Assembly: GCA_977018835.1 (NCBI GenBank)
Contig: OZ361260.1
Location: 4,154,001-4,218,000, forward strand
Source: Minutocellus sp. GHC0000111
Lineage: Eukaryota
DNA: 64,000 nt
Reading direction: 5' to 3'
Shown: positions 13,155 through 24,954 of the stretch, piece after piece
How positions within the stretch are numbered: the stretch's first letter is position 1
Layout: the number at the start of each line of letters is the position of its first letter
Notes under the pieces: generated by a model
Seen by the model: only the letters and a program-made list of their open reading frames with translations
The model's database searches: none
What the model was told of the DNA's origin: nothing
Program-made: the position numbers and the translations under genes

Positions 13155-14395
13155 ATGAGGACCGGCAAGCCCGTGTCGAGCAAGTCGATATCGGACCGCA
13201 GGGGCACCAGTGCCACTGCCGCTGCTTCCGGAAGCAGTGGCATCGCCTTTGACTTTGGCGATGGCACCGGTGCCGGTGGTTCATATTCCAAAACCTCCGG
13301 CATCCTCTCGTCGGTCGGTCGGTTGGGCGTTTTGGTGCTGGGCGGTGCGTTGGTCCTGGCGGCGGTGCTGCTCCGGCAGGAAAATGCTGTCGCCTCGGAA
13401 GGTGCCGCAGCCAAAGTCCGCGGTGCTGTTGGTGCCAACAACTCGGCCGCCGATAGCGATGGCAAAGCAGCCATCACTGCCACCGCCAACGCCAACGACG
13501 ACTACATAACCCTCCAAACCCCCCACGGGAACATCCTCATCGTCCTCCGTCCGGACCTATCACCCGAATCGGTCCACTACGTCCGCTCTTTAATAAAATC
13601 CCAAACCTGCACCGACCAATCCTGTCGCTTATATCGTGCCGAGAAACCGGGCATATTGCAGGGCATCCTCAAGAGCGGGACCGATGCCGATCCGCTCAAG
13701 GTGGTCCAGCCCAACAAGGTGTTTGGCAGGTGTCCCGAAAAGTACCGGGATGTCAAGCAGGATTGTCCGAGTCATGATCCCAATTGCGGGTGTCACGGTC
13801 CGATCATGGTCAAGGGGGGTGAGTTACTTGGGACCTTTATCTGATTTACCCACGACCTCGTACCCTGCTTGTCTTTTTTGCGTTTTGCCGCTGTCGGGTT
13901 TGTACTGCATTGCTTTTGCTTCTTTTATACTAAATGCTATCATTCTTGGTTTTTGGAATGTTCTAATGCATTCATTTGTACACCGCAAACTTACTTTTTC
14001 CACCAACTACCTTTTCATACCCAACAGATGTGGGGTGGGCCGGCGGATCGGCCGGCGGACCGGACTTTTTCATCAACACCTACGAACATCCGGCCAAGCA
14101 CTGGCAGAATCAGCACACGGTATGGTGAGTGAGGTACTTTGCATTTTTTCGTCGGGTTTGCACAACACTGCATCTGCTTCTTTATATCTTATTGCTTTCT
14201 TTTGCTGCCCTACGTACTCCTGACAGGGGCCACGTCGACGACAACGCAAGTTTGGCCACCATTGCCAAATATTGGGAACTGCCCGTCAAAAACAACGGGG
14301 GGATGCACATGCTGATGGAGGAGGTGCCCTTTCAGGTGGTGGCGTCCGGCAAGATTTCCAGGATGCTGGATTCGATCCGGTCGATGCTGCATTGA
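13155..14395 (+). CDS. Membrane-anchored cyclophilin-like protein; introns 13819-14027 and 14125-14226
   Basis: TM segment, LQTPHGNILIVLRPDLSP; spliced product reads KGDVGWAGG..GPDFFIN..HWQNQHTVWG. Confidence 0.75.
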
Positions 14396-14527
14396 TGAGT
14401 GGGACGGTTGAAGGCGGAGCAGTCGGATGTGCCGTCGGAGGATGGGTGTATTTTGAAATTATTTGTAACATGTTCGAGCGGTGACGACGTGACTTTTCAA
14501 ACATCATCTTCACTTCACAGTGCAACC

Positions 14528-16861
14528 ATGCGGCTGCTAACGACCGCCCTAGGCGCTTTGGCCGTGGCATCAGCTGCTTCTACACCAACAGCGGCGACTG
14601 CCTACGTCGATCCGGTACCGCTCAACACCACCCAGTGCCTTGAATCCATCCGTCGCCTTTCTCTGTCAGCATACAGCCTCGACCACGACCCCGATCGTCT
14701 GCGTATCGGCGTGCAAAACGCCGACGTTGCCGCCGTTTTACCCGAGGCAGTCGATATTCTGCCCACTCAAATCATCCCGCCCCGTACCAAGAACAGCAGC
14801 GATGGAGGCCAACCAATCATTCGACGAGACGTTCCCATCGTCAACGAGCAGGTGGTATTTCTAACCGGCATCGGGGCGACCCAGGAGCTCATCGCCACGG
14901 CCTCCTCTCTCGATGCCCTGCTCGATGATCAAATCGATCGTGTCGCCAACCTCGTCGGGCAGGTCGGACTGCTTGAAGAGCTCCTGACCTCTCCATCGAC
15001 GACCGACGGGGAAGAAGAGCTGCGAATGCGCGCGGCGGCGGCCGAGGCGGCGATTACCAAGGCCGAGATGGAGTTGGAGGTGGCCAGGGCCAAAGACGAG
15101 GAAGAGTACGTCCGTACCACCAACGAGGCCGAGCTGATGCAGATGCAACGATCGGAGGATCTGACGCTGCAGCGATTGGCCAAGGAGGACGAGGCGGCGA
15201 GGGTACGGGCCGAGGAGGCCATGAGGTTCAAGCTCGAGGCAGCTCAAAAGGTGGAGCAGGCCCGAGCCGAATCGGCCGAGGCATTGAGTGCCGTCGAGCA
15301 CGAGCGCGCTCTTCTGATTCAAAGGGCCGCCGAGGAGGCCAAAGTCAAGACGACCCGGTCCATAGCCGCCGCCAAGGCCCAGGCCGAGAGGGAAAACGAG
15401 GGGCTATATCTCCGCCGGCTCAAGGCCAAGATGGAGCAGACCCGGCAGAAGAACATTGCCATCGTCCACGCCCTTGCCGGACACTTTGCCTCGTCCATGA
15501 CGTGGGCGGCCAAGCATCCACGCCAGGTCTTTGTCTTTGTCGGATACCTATCACTGATCTTCGCCGCCATCTTTGCCGCCAGGGAGGCCGCGAGGCTGTG
15601 CCGTCTCCTCCTCGAGGCCAGCATCGGCAAACCACGCCTGGTCCGAGAGACATCGTGTGCCTCTCTTCCTCGCTCGATTGTATCTGCCATGCTCAACCTT
15701 TTCCGTCGCCAGAAAACTGGAGATGACCATATCGATGAGATCTTCCAGGACGTGGTACTGTCCGATCCGCTCAAGGATCGAGGCATAACCCTTGCCAAGG
15801 CCGCCCGCAACGCCAAACGCCATGATGCTCCATATCGCCACGTCCTGCTGTATGGTGCACCAGGCACGGGCAAGACGATGGTCGCCAAGAAATTAGCCCA
15901 GTCCACCGGCATGGACTTTGCCCTCATGAGCGGCGGCGATGTCGGTCCTCTCGGCAGCGATGCTGTCAGCCAAATCCATTCTCTATTCCGGTGGGCCAAG
16001 ATGAGCCACAAGGGCCTCCTCCTACTCGTCGACGAGGCCGAAGCCTTCCTTGGCAATCGCAAGCATTCCAAGATGAGTGAGAACGCGCACAATGCCCTCA
16101 ACGCGCTCCTATATCACACCGGAGGAGAGCGACGTGATTTCTTGCTGGTTCTGGCGACGAACCGGGCCGAGGATCTGGACGAAGCGGTCCTTGACCGATG
16201 CGACGAGTCACTGCTTTTTGGACTTCCAGATGCTGAGTCTCGTCAGCGACTCATTACGCAGTACTACGAGGCATTCGTCAAGGATGAAGTTGTCAAGAAC
16301 CATGAACTGGCTACCAGCCTTGGTTCTCACATCCGGTCCTACATGACCCAGGAGGAGCCTCTGCGCCTCCGAATTAATGACGATGTTATGGACGAGGAGC
16401 AACTCCGATCGATTGTCGCTGGTACCGAAGGCTTCATTGGACGCGAGATTGGAAAGCTAATGGTTGCTATTCAGGCCATTCTCTATTCGTCCGATACTGG
16501 AAAGTTGACCAAGGATATGGTTCAGACTATTGCCGAGATCAAGGTCGACGAGCATCGGGAGAAGCTGCGAATGACCGCTGGTGATACCGTGTCAGAGCCG
16601 GCCTTCGCCGAAAAACAAGAGATAGAGGAGGACGAAGATGGCACCCTCCGTTTGATCAGTGACGATGGCGATTCTGATGATGACGAAGCACGATCGGTGA
16701 AGGAGCTTGTCGAGGCGTTCGACGAGAAGACGCCTGACCCACAGCAGGCGCGCCAGGCCGGACGCAGAGCATTGGCTCGAGTTGCCGCGTCGTCGTCTTC
16801 CTCTCGACCAGGAATCCACGGCCGAACACTATTTTTGCAGGGTTCGACGTCTGCGAGCTAA
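14528..16861 (+). CDS. ATAD3-like AAA+ ATPase with N-terminal signal-like peptide and Peptidase_S74/ICA-like domain
   Basis: Coiled coil, IGKPRLVRETS, PYRHVLLYGAPGTGKT (Walker A), MSGGDVGPLG, LLLVDEAEAFL (Walker B), LATNR; N-terminal RIGV..VAAVLPEAV..VNEQVVF..IGATQEL. Confidence 0.85.
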   Translation: MRLLTTALGALAVASAASTPTAATAYVDPVPLNTTQCLESIRRLSLSAYSLDHDPDRLRIGVQNADVAAVLPEAVDILPTQIIPPRTKNSSDGGQPIIRRDVPIVNEQVVFLTGIGATQELIATASSLDALLDDQIDRVANLVGQVGLLEELLTSPSTTDGEEELRMRAAAAEAAITKAEMELEVARAKDEEEYVRTTNEAELMQMQRSEDLTLQRLAKEDEAARVRAEEAMRFKLEAAQKVEQARAESAEALSAVEHERALLIQRAAEEAKVKTTRSIAAAKAQAERENEGLYLRRLKAKMEQTRQKNIAIVHALAGHFASSMTWAAKHPRQVFVFVGYLSLIFAAIFAAREAARLCRLLLEASIGKPRLVRETSCASLPRSIVSAMLNLFRRQKTGDDHIDEIFQDVVLSDPLKDRGITLAKAARNAKRHDAPYRHVLLYGAPGTGKTMVAKKLAQSTGMDFALMSGGDVGPLGSDAVSQIHSLFRWAKMSHKGLLLLVDEAEAFLGNRKHSKMSENAHNALNALLYHTGGERRDFLLVLATNRAEDLDEAVLDRCDESLLFGLPDAESRQRLITQYYEAFVKDEVVKNHELATSLGSHIRSYMTQEEPLRLRINDDVMDEEQLRSIVAGTEGFIGREIGKLMVAIQAILYSSDTGKLTKDMVQTIAEIKVDEHREKLRMTAGDTVSEPAFAEKQEIEEDEDGTLRLISDDGDSDDDEARSVKELVEAFDEKTPDPQQARQAGRRALARVAASSSSSRPGIHGRTLFLQGSTSAS

Positions 16862-17227
16862 AGGACTATAGTCCCTCTAGCTAGAGCTAGGACAGTGCCA
16901 TAATATGTAGCTATGTTGTTATATGTGCACTACTGGCTTGATTAATTTAAAATGTGCTCTAGGACCCATGGATTATGTTGTATCAGACATGTCTCGCTTG
17001 ATTAAAATGTATCGAGATCTTGAAAGGAGATATGAAAAAAAGAGAAGAATGAGACGGTTTTGCATACATTGCTGTGGAAAATTGAAATGGTAGAGATGCG
17101 CCTGTGCCTTTTTCGGCGCCCCAAAGGAACAATGCGTCGTCTTCGAATTAAGATTCTTCTTCTTCTTGCGATGTTTGTGTGCGTTTATGTTCAAAACATA
17201 TAGAACATACAGAACAAATACTGAACT

Positions 17228-18676
17228 TTATTCCTCGTTTGTCTTTTGGCCCTGACGACGACGGGCAACGAAGATGTCCTTGTCGACCTTCTTCAGGGTG
17301 AGAGGAGATTCCTCCAGAAGAGCGGCATCCTCGTCCGTGCTGGAGGGAGCAGCGACCTTGGCGGCGGTTGGGACTGGCCCAGCTACGGCGACGGCCTTCT
17401 CCAGATCGGAGCGGGTGGGTGCACTGGCAGAAGAAGGCTGCTGATGATCTTGGGCCGGTGTTGGGTGAGCAGCAGCAGCAGCAGGAACGGCGACTTGACG
17501 ATCGATCATGGCACTACAGGCGGCGGCATAGCCCTGCAGATACGCCATGCTGGCCGATATTCTGTCGTCGACGGCCTGGGCCGGCAGGGACGGGGGCATG
17601 TGAACGGCCGCGGCCTCACCGGCACGCTGGGCCATCAGGGCATTGAGCGTGGGCGGATGGGCCATGTGCGGCATGGTGTACATCCCGCCCGGGTAGTAGT
17701 AGGACATGTTGGGATGATGGTACTGCGGGGGTGGAGGAGGTGGAGCAGCGGAACCATGGTGCATGTAGTACGGAGAGGCAGCAGCGACTCCTGGATGATG
17801 AGCAGCCGCTCGAGGAGGTCCTGGATGAATCCGGTTCTGGAGTGGAGTGCGACCCACCAGGCCCAAACCCGAGGCCATGTTGGTCATGGCGGCAGCAGCG
17901 GCTGCCTCACCACCCTCCTCCTCTCCTCGGATGGTCGGCTCCTGAGTATCCTTGTTGGTATTGTTGGACGACGTACCAGCATTATTGTTGGTAGGGCTAC
18001 CAGATAACGATGGCTGAACCCGAGCCTCGTCATCGTCGTTATTGTTGGTATTGGTGCTGGAACCATTATTCTCCTCGACTCTGGCCTTCTTCTTCTTGCT
18101 CTTGCCATGCTTGGCATGAGCCTCGGCAATGACCCTCTTCTTGAGCTGAATGAATTCCTCCTCGGCCTCAGCCTCGTTGTAGGCCTCGACGTCATCCAAG
18201 TATTCGGCCATCTCGTTTTGGTACCGGACCTCGTCCTCGGCTGCCATGGCTCTGTAGGACTTCATGAGGTCGTTATCACCCAGAAGCTTCTGCATCTGGG
18301 CAAAGTGACGCCACTTCTTGGCAATCTCCCTGTTGCGGGTCTTGGTGGTTTCGAAGGTTGGTTTGGGCTTGCTGGTGCCGGTACCGGTACCGCCTCCCTG
18401 CTTGATGGCCGCCATGGTCGCTGCCGCGTCCTGCTGACTCTCGGCCTCTCCCATCTTGGCCCGCTCGTCGGCGAAGAAGAAGTTGTAGGGAGTCCGAGGA
18501 CCGCGAGGCTTGCGGGGCTTGGACAGGCCGGAGAAGGAGGTCGATACCGGCACCTTGCTCTTGCGCTTGGTACCGCCGATGGTTGTTGTGGTTGTGGTAG
18601 TTGTTGTAGCTGCAGCTGTAGCTGTAGCCGCGGAAGCAGCGGCGGCGATGCCATTCGACTTGGAAGAAATGGCCAT
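17228..18676 (-). CDS. HMG-box protein
   Basis: KPRGPRTPYNFFFADERAKM...REIAKKWR...YRAMAAEDEVRYQNEM; start chosen at MAISSK. Confidence 0.85.
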   Translation of the reverse strand: MAISSKSNGIAAAASAATATAAATTTTTTTTTIGGTKRKSKVPVSTSFSGLSKPRKPRGPRTPYNFFFADERAKMGEAESQQDAAATMAAIKQGGGTGTGTSKPKPTFETTKTRNREIAKKWRHFAQMQKLLGDNDLMKSYRAMAAEDEVRYQNEMAEYLDDVEAYNEAEAEEEFIQLKKRVIAEAHAKHGKSKKKKARVEENNGSSTNTNNNDDDEARVQPSLSGSPTNNNAGTSSNNTNKDTQEPTIRGEEEGGEAAAAAAMTNMASGLGLVGRTPLQNRIHPGPPRAAAHHPGVAAASPYYMHHGSAAPPPPPPQYHHPNMSYYYPGGMYTMPHMAHPPTLNALMAQRAGEAAAVHMPPSLPAQAVDDRISASMAYLQGYAAACSAMIDRQVAVPAAAAAHPTPAQDHQQPSSASAPTRSDLEKAVAVAGPVPTAAKVAAPSSTDEDAALLEESPLTLKKVDKDIFVARRRQGQKTNEE

Positions 18677-19132
18677 GATGATATCTTGTGGTTGGTAATT
18701 CTGTGTGATGCTGTGGTGATCTGGGTGATATGATGATATCAAGTCAAGTGATGGTATCACGATCGGTATGGATGAGTTGCTTTGTGTGATGATACCTGCT
18801 GATGAAGATACGACGATAGGAAGGTCAAGCAAGCAATATGAAATACATGGACGTTAGGATACCGGTAGGTAGTGACGAATAGGTAAGGACGAGAGCTGCT
18901 TTGTACTAGTAGTAGCCGACGGGATGAAATCAAATTCGCCGTTGCTGGGTTTCATCGACTTCGCATGAAAATCAATGTCGAACAACACGTCACGTGCCGA
19001 GATATCGATCGTTCCTTCTTGAGCAAACGATTTGAATTGTGGTGTGCTTGAATTCCGGTGGAAATTCGTACACGTATGGCTGCCTGCTTTCTCGACATGA
19101 AACAAGAACTGGCATCACGCCGAACAGAAGAG

Positions 19133-19154
19133 TCGATCGATCGATCGATCGATC
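19133..19154. repeat. (TCGA)n palindromic microsatellite upstream of the HMG-box gene
   Basis: tcgatcgatcgatcgatcgatc. Confidence 0.85.
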
Positions 19155-20059
19155 AACATATTGGCGCTAGGCTCAAAAACCACATACATGCTCGCTACTT
19201 CGTCTGGCCGTGGCCAACTGCGGATACCGCCAATCGAATCGATTCTTCCGCCATTGTCATTGGCCGAGAAAGATGAATGCGGCAATGGCTCGTCTCGAGA
19301 CGATTCACTTGCTTTCTTGCCGGGTCATTATAAGCCTATGCGTGAATGCCGGCAACCATGCAGATCGAGCCGAGCCAACCAAGATGACATGCAACTCCGC
19401 GTTTCATCTCGTTCGCATCGTCGATTGGGGCCGTCGGCTGGCGCGATGCTTCTTGGACTTACCTTTGAACTTTGATCTTGGATAATGAGCTGAGCATTGG
19501 CACGGGGCGATCTAGGCCACAGGTACCTGTGTGCGGCGTGCTGGCAGACTGCTGCATGGGCCCCCTTTGCTGGCAATCTCTGCAAACTTGTGTGGATTTA
19601 CTTGCTGGCGGTTGAATTTCGTGGTGGACGTGGTGCTTGACTCGACGTGTCCGATCAGAAACCGTTTTTCCGAAAAATTCAAATTACGTTGAAGGCTGGC
19701 TTGTTTTGTATGAAATTTCTATCCCAACATTTTTCATTTCGAGGCCGACTAGCTTTTCAGAAACTCCAGCTGAGTTTTGAAAAGTATCCAGACATGAAAA
19801 ATCAAATTAGTTATTTCGTGCAGAAACTCCTTCACGTCATTAAGAAATCTCCAGTCTTACTTGGGCAGATGAAGATGAAGCTAACTCTCATCATCATCTC
19901 TGTTCCCAGCAGTCATTATTGCCATCAAAACACACTAATTCAACTGAGTCAGTATCGGGTCTCTTCAATCGGCGATCGGTTGAAGGTTGACGGACAGAAA
20001 AGTGAAAGAAATTGTCTTGAAGAATACAACCAAGGTCCGGCGACCTTCTACTGCACGTC

Positions 20060-21135
20060 ATGGATGCCCCTCACCACCTCTCCGAGGTTGAGGCCGCAAC
20101 CGGTGGCGGTGATGGAAAGAGGCAGAAAACTTCGCACTCTGGAGGCGTACTCGGTCCAGCGAAGAACGCTGCGGAAATTAATTGTAGTTTTCGCAGTGAT
20201 GGCTCGTCTCCTCCCGAAACTCCCGATGCTAACAATGTGTCGCTCAAGTCCGAGACAATTGGCACAACGAAAGAGATGCACGATTGCAACATAGGAATTC
20301 CTACCTTTGAAGAGGATTGCCGAGCTCAAGGAGATATTTTCCACGCCAGAAGCCAAGGAGGCCATGAAACCTACCTCGCCATCGGAGCCCCTGTACGACA
20401 GTGATGATATTGATGACGAGGAATGGTACTGGGAGGAGGTGGGGTACGATCTCAATGTTAGAGGTGCTGAAATTCCTCGAACTACCGACGAGAGCTTGCG
20501 CAGCAATGAAAAATCTTACCAAGCGATGAAATATGCGGTGGACAATAGTGGGATGTCGAGGGGTCTCTACACCACGGAAGAAAAGGCTACATGTAGTGAG
20601 TACCGTGATGTTGTGCGCGTGGTGATCAAATCCAACGATCCAAAGAGGAGCAAAATCGTTGACTTGCTGCTGTTGGCAAATATAGGATTTCAAACGTCGC
20701 ACCAGGACGAGGAACAGTGTGAGCTTTGACGAGATGAATGCACAAGGTGTGTGTGCAAATGACGTGTTGCCGCGTTGGGTGCGCGCGATCATCTAATTGT
20801 ACGAGAAGAGATAGATGGGCGATTCAACAAATATATCATCCTGATCATCCTGAGGGATAATTCATGTGAACTTGGATTATGACAGTACGGCACTTGTAGC
20901 GAACTGCATGAAAGGCGGCTCGAGTCTCGAGTCAGCAAAGAACATGCTGGCACTATGGCCACACAGGGCAGTTAAGGGGATACACTATCTGTTTCTTGCA
21001 AAAATGATATTAGTGAGAATCAACCTTGGCACGGTATTGATAATGATTGGCTCCGGCCATTGGGATAGAAAAAAATCCAAAGTGAAGAATGAAAAGATGA
21101 ATGATCTACGAGTTACCGTCGGCCAGTGTAAAACA
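20060..21135 (+). pseudogene. Decayed coding relic of unknown family (possibly TE-derived)
   Basis: Protein-like frames 20060 and 20307 linked by a frameshift; read-through continues past several TGA/TAG/TAA codons, each one C>T from CGA/CAG/CAA. Confidence 0.45.
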
Positions 21136-21328
21136 TGTACCTATGTATTGCTTTTTAGAGGCCTTCAAGATGACATCAATACTATTGGCCCAATTGCCAA
21201 TGCATCAGTTATAACGTAGCAAGCTATCATCTGATCTACGTAGCTAGAGTCCATCTACGTGGAAGGTGCCTCGCACTATCGAAAAATATCTCCGTGATAT
21301 CAATTTCCTCTTTTTCGTGCACCGCTCT

Positions 21329-21986
21329 CTATGCCAGATCACTGCACTTCTCCTGGAGAGCTGCAGGATTTGCTCCCATCAAACGATCGACGACCTCGCC
21401 CTTCTTGATGAAAACGAATGTAGGCATCGCGCTGACACCGTACTTTGCGGCTGTGTCAGGGTTTTCGTCCACATCGACCTTTAGAAATACCACACCGGGC
21501 ATATCCTCCGACAGTTCCTTGAAGAGCGGGGCGATCATCTTGCAAGGCCCGCACCCTATATTTGAGAGGCGAGGGATAAGGCAGGTGTAGCGGAAACAGC
21601 GTTTAGAGAAACTATCATGAAGAGAAGCACAGATCACAAAAGTAAATTCTGTGGTGGGTCGTTCACCAGAACCTGCTTGCAGGCAACTCGCTCAAAACCT
21701 GCTGAAGCAATGACTCACATGTGGCACTGAAATCAATCACCACCAGCTTGCCCTCCGCAGATGCCTTGAGAAGGATGCCGTCGACCTCCCCGAGGGTCTT
21801 GGGCTCCAGGACGGCGCCACCTCGCAGGGACATGACGGGCGACGACGGAGCGAAGGGAGGGTGCGCGTTGAATGCCGGAGTTTCGATTTGGCACTTGCCT
21901 GGAATCTTCGACGGTGGCGACGGGGTAGCCGACGCCACACCAAGAAGTGCGGCGGCAAACAGGCCGGCGGTACAGGTGAGTTTCAT
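21329..21986 (-). CDS. Thioredoxin (h-type-like) with signal peptide; intron 21718-21556
   Basis: Splicing restores VVIDFSATWCGPCK; KVDVDE, V.AMPTF; leader contains SLRGG. Confidence 0.92.
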
Positions 21987-22396
21987 GGTTGGTTTGGTCC
22001 TTCACGTCCCACGTTTCGGCTTCCTCCGTGTCTTGAGCGTTTGAGCGATGGGATGTCCTCGCGATGGCCGATGGCCGACCTCCAGCACATCGCAGTGACG
22101 ACGGACGGACGAAAATCATCCTTTTGTTGTCGCCATGTATACGTATCACAGCACCATCTGCCAGCCGGATGACTCGCATACTTTTGGTCGCACTTTCGGT
22201 GGCCGGCCGGCGCGCGAAGCAACCGACCGGCGCGCCCAACGCGAGCCACCATGGCGGCAAAAATTCAAATTGCAGCCGCTACGTGCAGAACGAAGGCGAC
22301 ATCTCGCGCTGGTGTGGGAGAATTACGGCACGAGACCAACCAGGTACTCCCAACATCCTGGTGATATTCCCGTTGGTCTCGATCCATAATTCTCCA

Positions 22397-24135
22397 TGAG
22401 CAAAAAAAATAACGGCCGCAATCCCGCGGTCAACACCGCAGAGAGAGTTGCGGTGCAGGACGCCCTGCCTGGCTGAACTGCTCGTCCGTCTTCGCAGAAA
22501 GGAACTTCATTACTACAATTTCATCGGCAACAACAACGACTCCTTGATGAATGTGTTGGGATGCAGTCCCATCATGTGCGGCGCCGTCATGTGCACTGCG
22601 GGCATCTTGGGTTTGAAGAAGAAGAAACAACACGAAGACTGACTGCGATGTGTTTTTTGTGAGGACAGACAACCAGAATGGATGGGATGAAATGGTATCA
22701 AGACACTGCCTTGCCGACGACGTTCAGCGAACCCCATACAAAAAGAGCATGTTTGTTCGCCTCGGTTCCATCAATCCTCGTGCAGCCGACGCTCTCCATG
22801 ATGATGGATGGATGGCTTTCGACATGGTCACGGTCGAGCAACAACTTCGCCTCGAAATGCCGCCGCCGCGGCTCAATTTGACGAAGGCATGTAATGCATT
22901 CCTCAAGTCGGTCGCACCACACATGTCGGCGGGACATGCGGCGATGGACTACGAAATCAACAGGCAGATGTTGCTCGAGGCCGGCCCAGAAGTTCCCTGG
23001 TGGGTGCAATGGCCAGGACGATGGGTGGGACAATGACGACGATGTTGGGACGGTGGGCACCCTGACCACGACGGAGGCCGGCGAGATCAGTGAGGACGAC
23101 GACGACGAAGACGAGGACTATGTGCCCTGTTATGAGGACGAAGCTGATGTTGCAAGAGAGGACGCTGCACATGAAGCACACATGCAGCAGCACTTTGAGA
23201 AGAATCGTCAGAAGCACGGTGATGGCGAGCCAGAGATGGGAGCTGTCGATGATGCCGAGGATGACGATGCCCCTCACTTCCATTTCCTGAAAAAGGCCGG
23301 CATTGAGGCGGCCGACTCAGGTAAAATAAGGGCAGTGCTGGCAGAGTGCTGGAGAGCTTTGTCTGTTAATATTTCTGATGAAGAAGAAGAAACCAAGGAC
23401 AACAGAGTTCATCCACCATGACACCTCCACCAAAGGAACTCTCCTAGAGCACAATCGCGAGGAAGATGGCATGACGGATGACGACATCAAAGAGCTCTGC
23501 AAAGCTTGCTCTAATTTGCTCCAACACTCTTGACGCAATGTGTTCCAGGTTTCTGAAATGGCACATGAAATGGGATGATGAGGCAAAGAAGGCTGTGAGA
23601 GAGCTTGAAGCATTGATTGCAAGTGCCCTCAAGCAAGCACGGGCAATCGGTGTTAGCACAACGCCCAAGTGGCACTTGCTCGAAGATCACATCTTGGACC
23701 AACACACATTTGGCTAGTGAAGAATGGATGGGGCGGCATCTGTTGGCTCGACGAATCGTTTGTAGAGCGAGCCCACCAAGAGGGCGTTAAGGAAGATCGT
23801 CGGACTCAGGGCATCAAGGGATGTGAGGCCCAACAGACGGCGCAGTTCAAGGCTGAGGAGAGGGCATCCAATCCAAAGGTCGAGGAGAGGCGGGAGCGAA
23901 ACTCTCGGGTGGCAAGAACAAGGAAAAGGACAAGGACCGAAGCTGTTAAAGCAGAAACTGATGACAAGCGCCAACAAATGATCATGATGGCCACCGATGG
24001 AGATGAGGATGTAGAGATGGGAGCAGGGCATGTGTAAAATTAGAAAATGAAATTACACTGCTGCTACACAACAACAAACAAATGAATTGCACAATCCAAC
24101 TTTTACAAACAGTGTCGCGATTGAGCAAAAAAGTA
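22397..24135 (+). mobile_element. Degenerate, internally deleted DNA transposon with a Transib/Chapaev/RAG1-like transposase C-terminus; boundaries approximate
   Basis: After correcting frameshifts near 23525 and 23705: TTPKWHLLEDH..GGICWLDESFVERAHQ (H-x4-H plus E-x3-E); upstream fragments carry stops. Confidence 0.6.
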
Positions 24136-24954
24136 AATAGTACACCCAAACAAACACATCACGTCCTTCTTAACTCACCCATTTATCTCCCAGACCAAAA
24201 AGTCCCTTTGTCGGGTTGATTGTTGCATAAACTTATCCCAATGCTATCTGTCTCTCCTCGGGCGCAAAATTGTTGTCGGAATTCCGGGAGGTCGAGTGGG
24301 GATGCGATCGGTCGGGATCAGCGAGAGTCGGTCATACGGGGGGTGCGGCGCAATCCCGGCAGTTTATCATCAACAACAACGTGGGAAAGTACCAGAGGGT
24401 CTGGGGCATCACAACGGGAGCACGACGAGCACAAAGACGGAGCAATGGCACCACCCCAGAGAAACGAACGGCCGACAGATGGAGGAAAAGTAGGCCGATG
24501 GTTCGTGGCGTTGATACGCAGCGGAGGCCAATCTGAGGATACAGTAAGCTTCAACTATATCCAAACATGATAATGAATGCGTATTTGGTACGAAAATATA
24601 GTTATACGCCGGCGCAACGCCGACGGACCACCATGGTGTTGGACGGTCAAAGAATGGGTGACGAACGAGATTGGGTTTTGGTGGGTTTCTTCGTGACGTG
24701 TTCGTCTTCTGCCGAAAAACGCTTCATCCGACCGGCGAAACAAGACGAGATGGGGCTGTGGTATGTCGCCATGTTTTGTTGTCGATGCGATGTCGCGTCG
24801 ATGTCGAAGTCAGCACGAAGGCACCTGAAGCCACCCCCTACCGCCAGCGTATTATTGTTATCTCGGCGGGGAGTCAAATTCATTACCCGCTCGATAGGTT
24901 ATACTACTATTAGCTCCTCCCACTAATTTTTTTCTCCTTGGACGATATCTCATC

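Noticed and set aside
19647..20294. 215-aa ORF as a real gene
   Set aside because: GTG start, non-protein-like composition, overlaps the decayed relic in another frame
24108..24135. RSS-like AACAGTG..GCAAAAAAG at the transposon relic end
   Set aside because: The heptamer lacks the CAC start, the spacer is 10 nt rather than 12/23, and no partner was found
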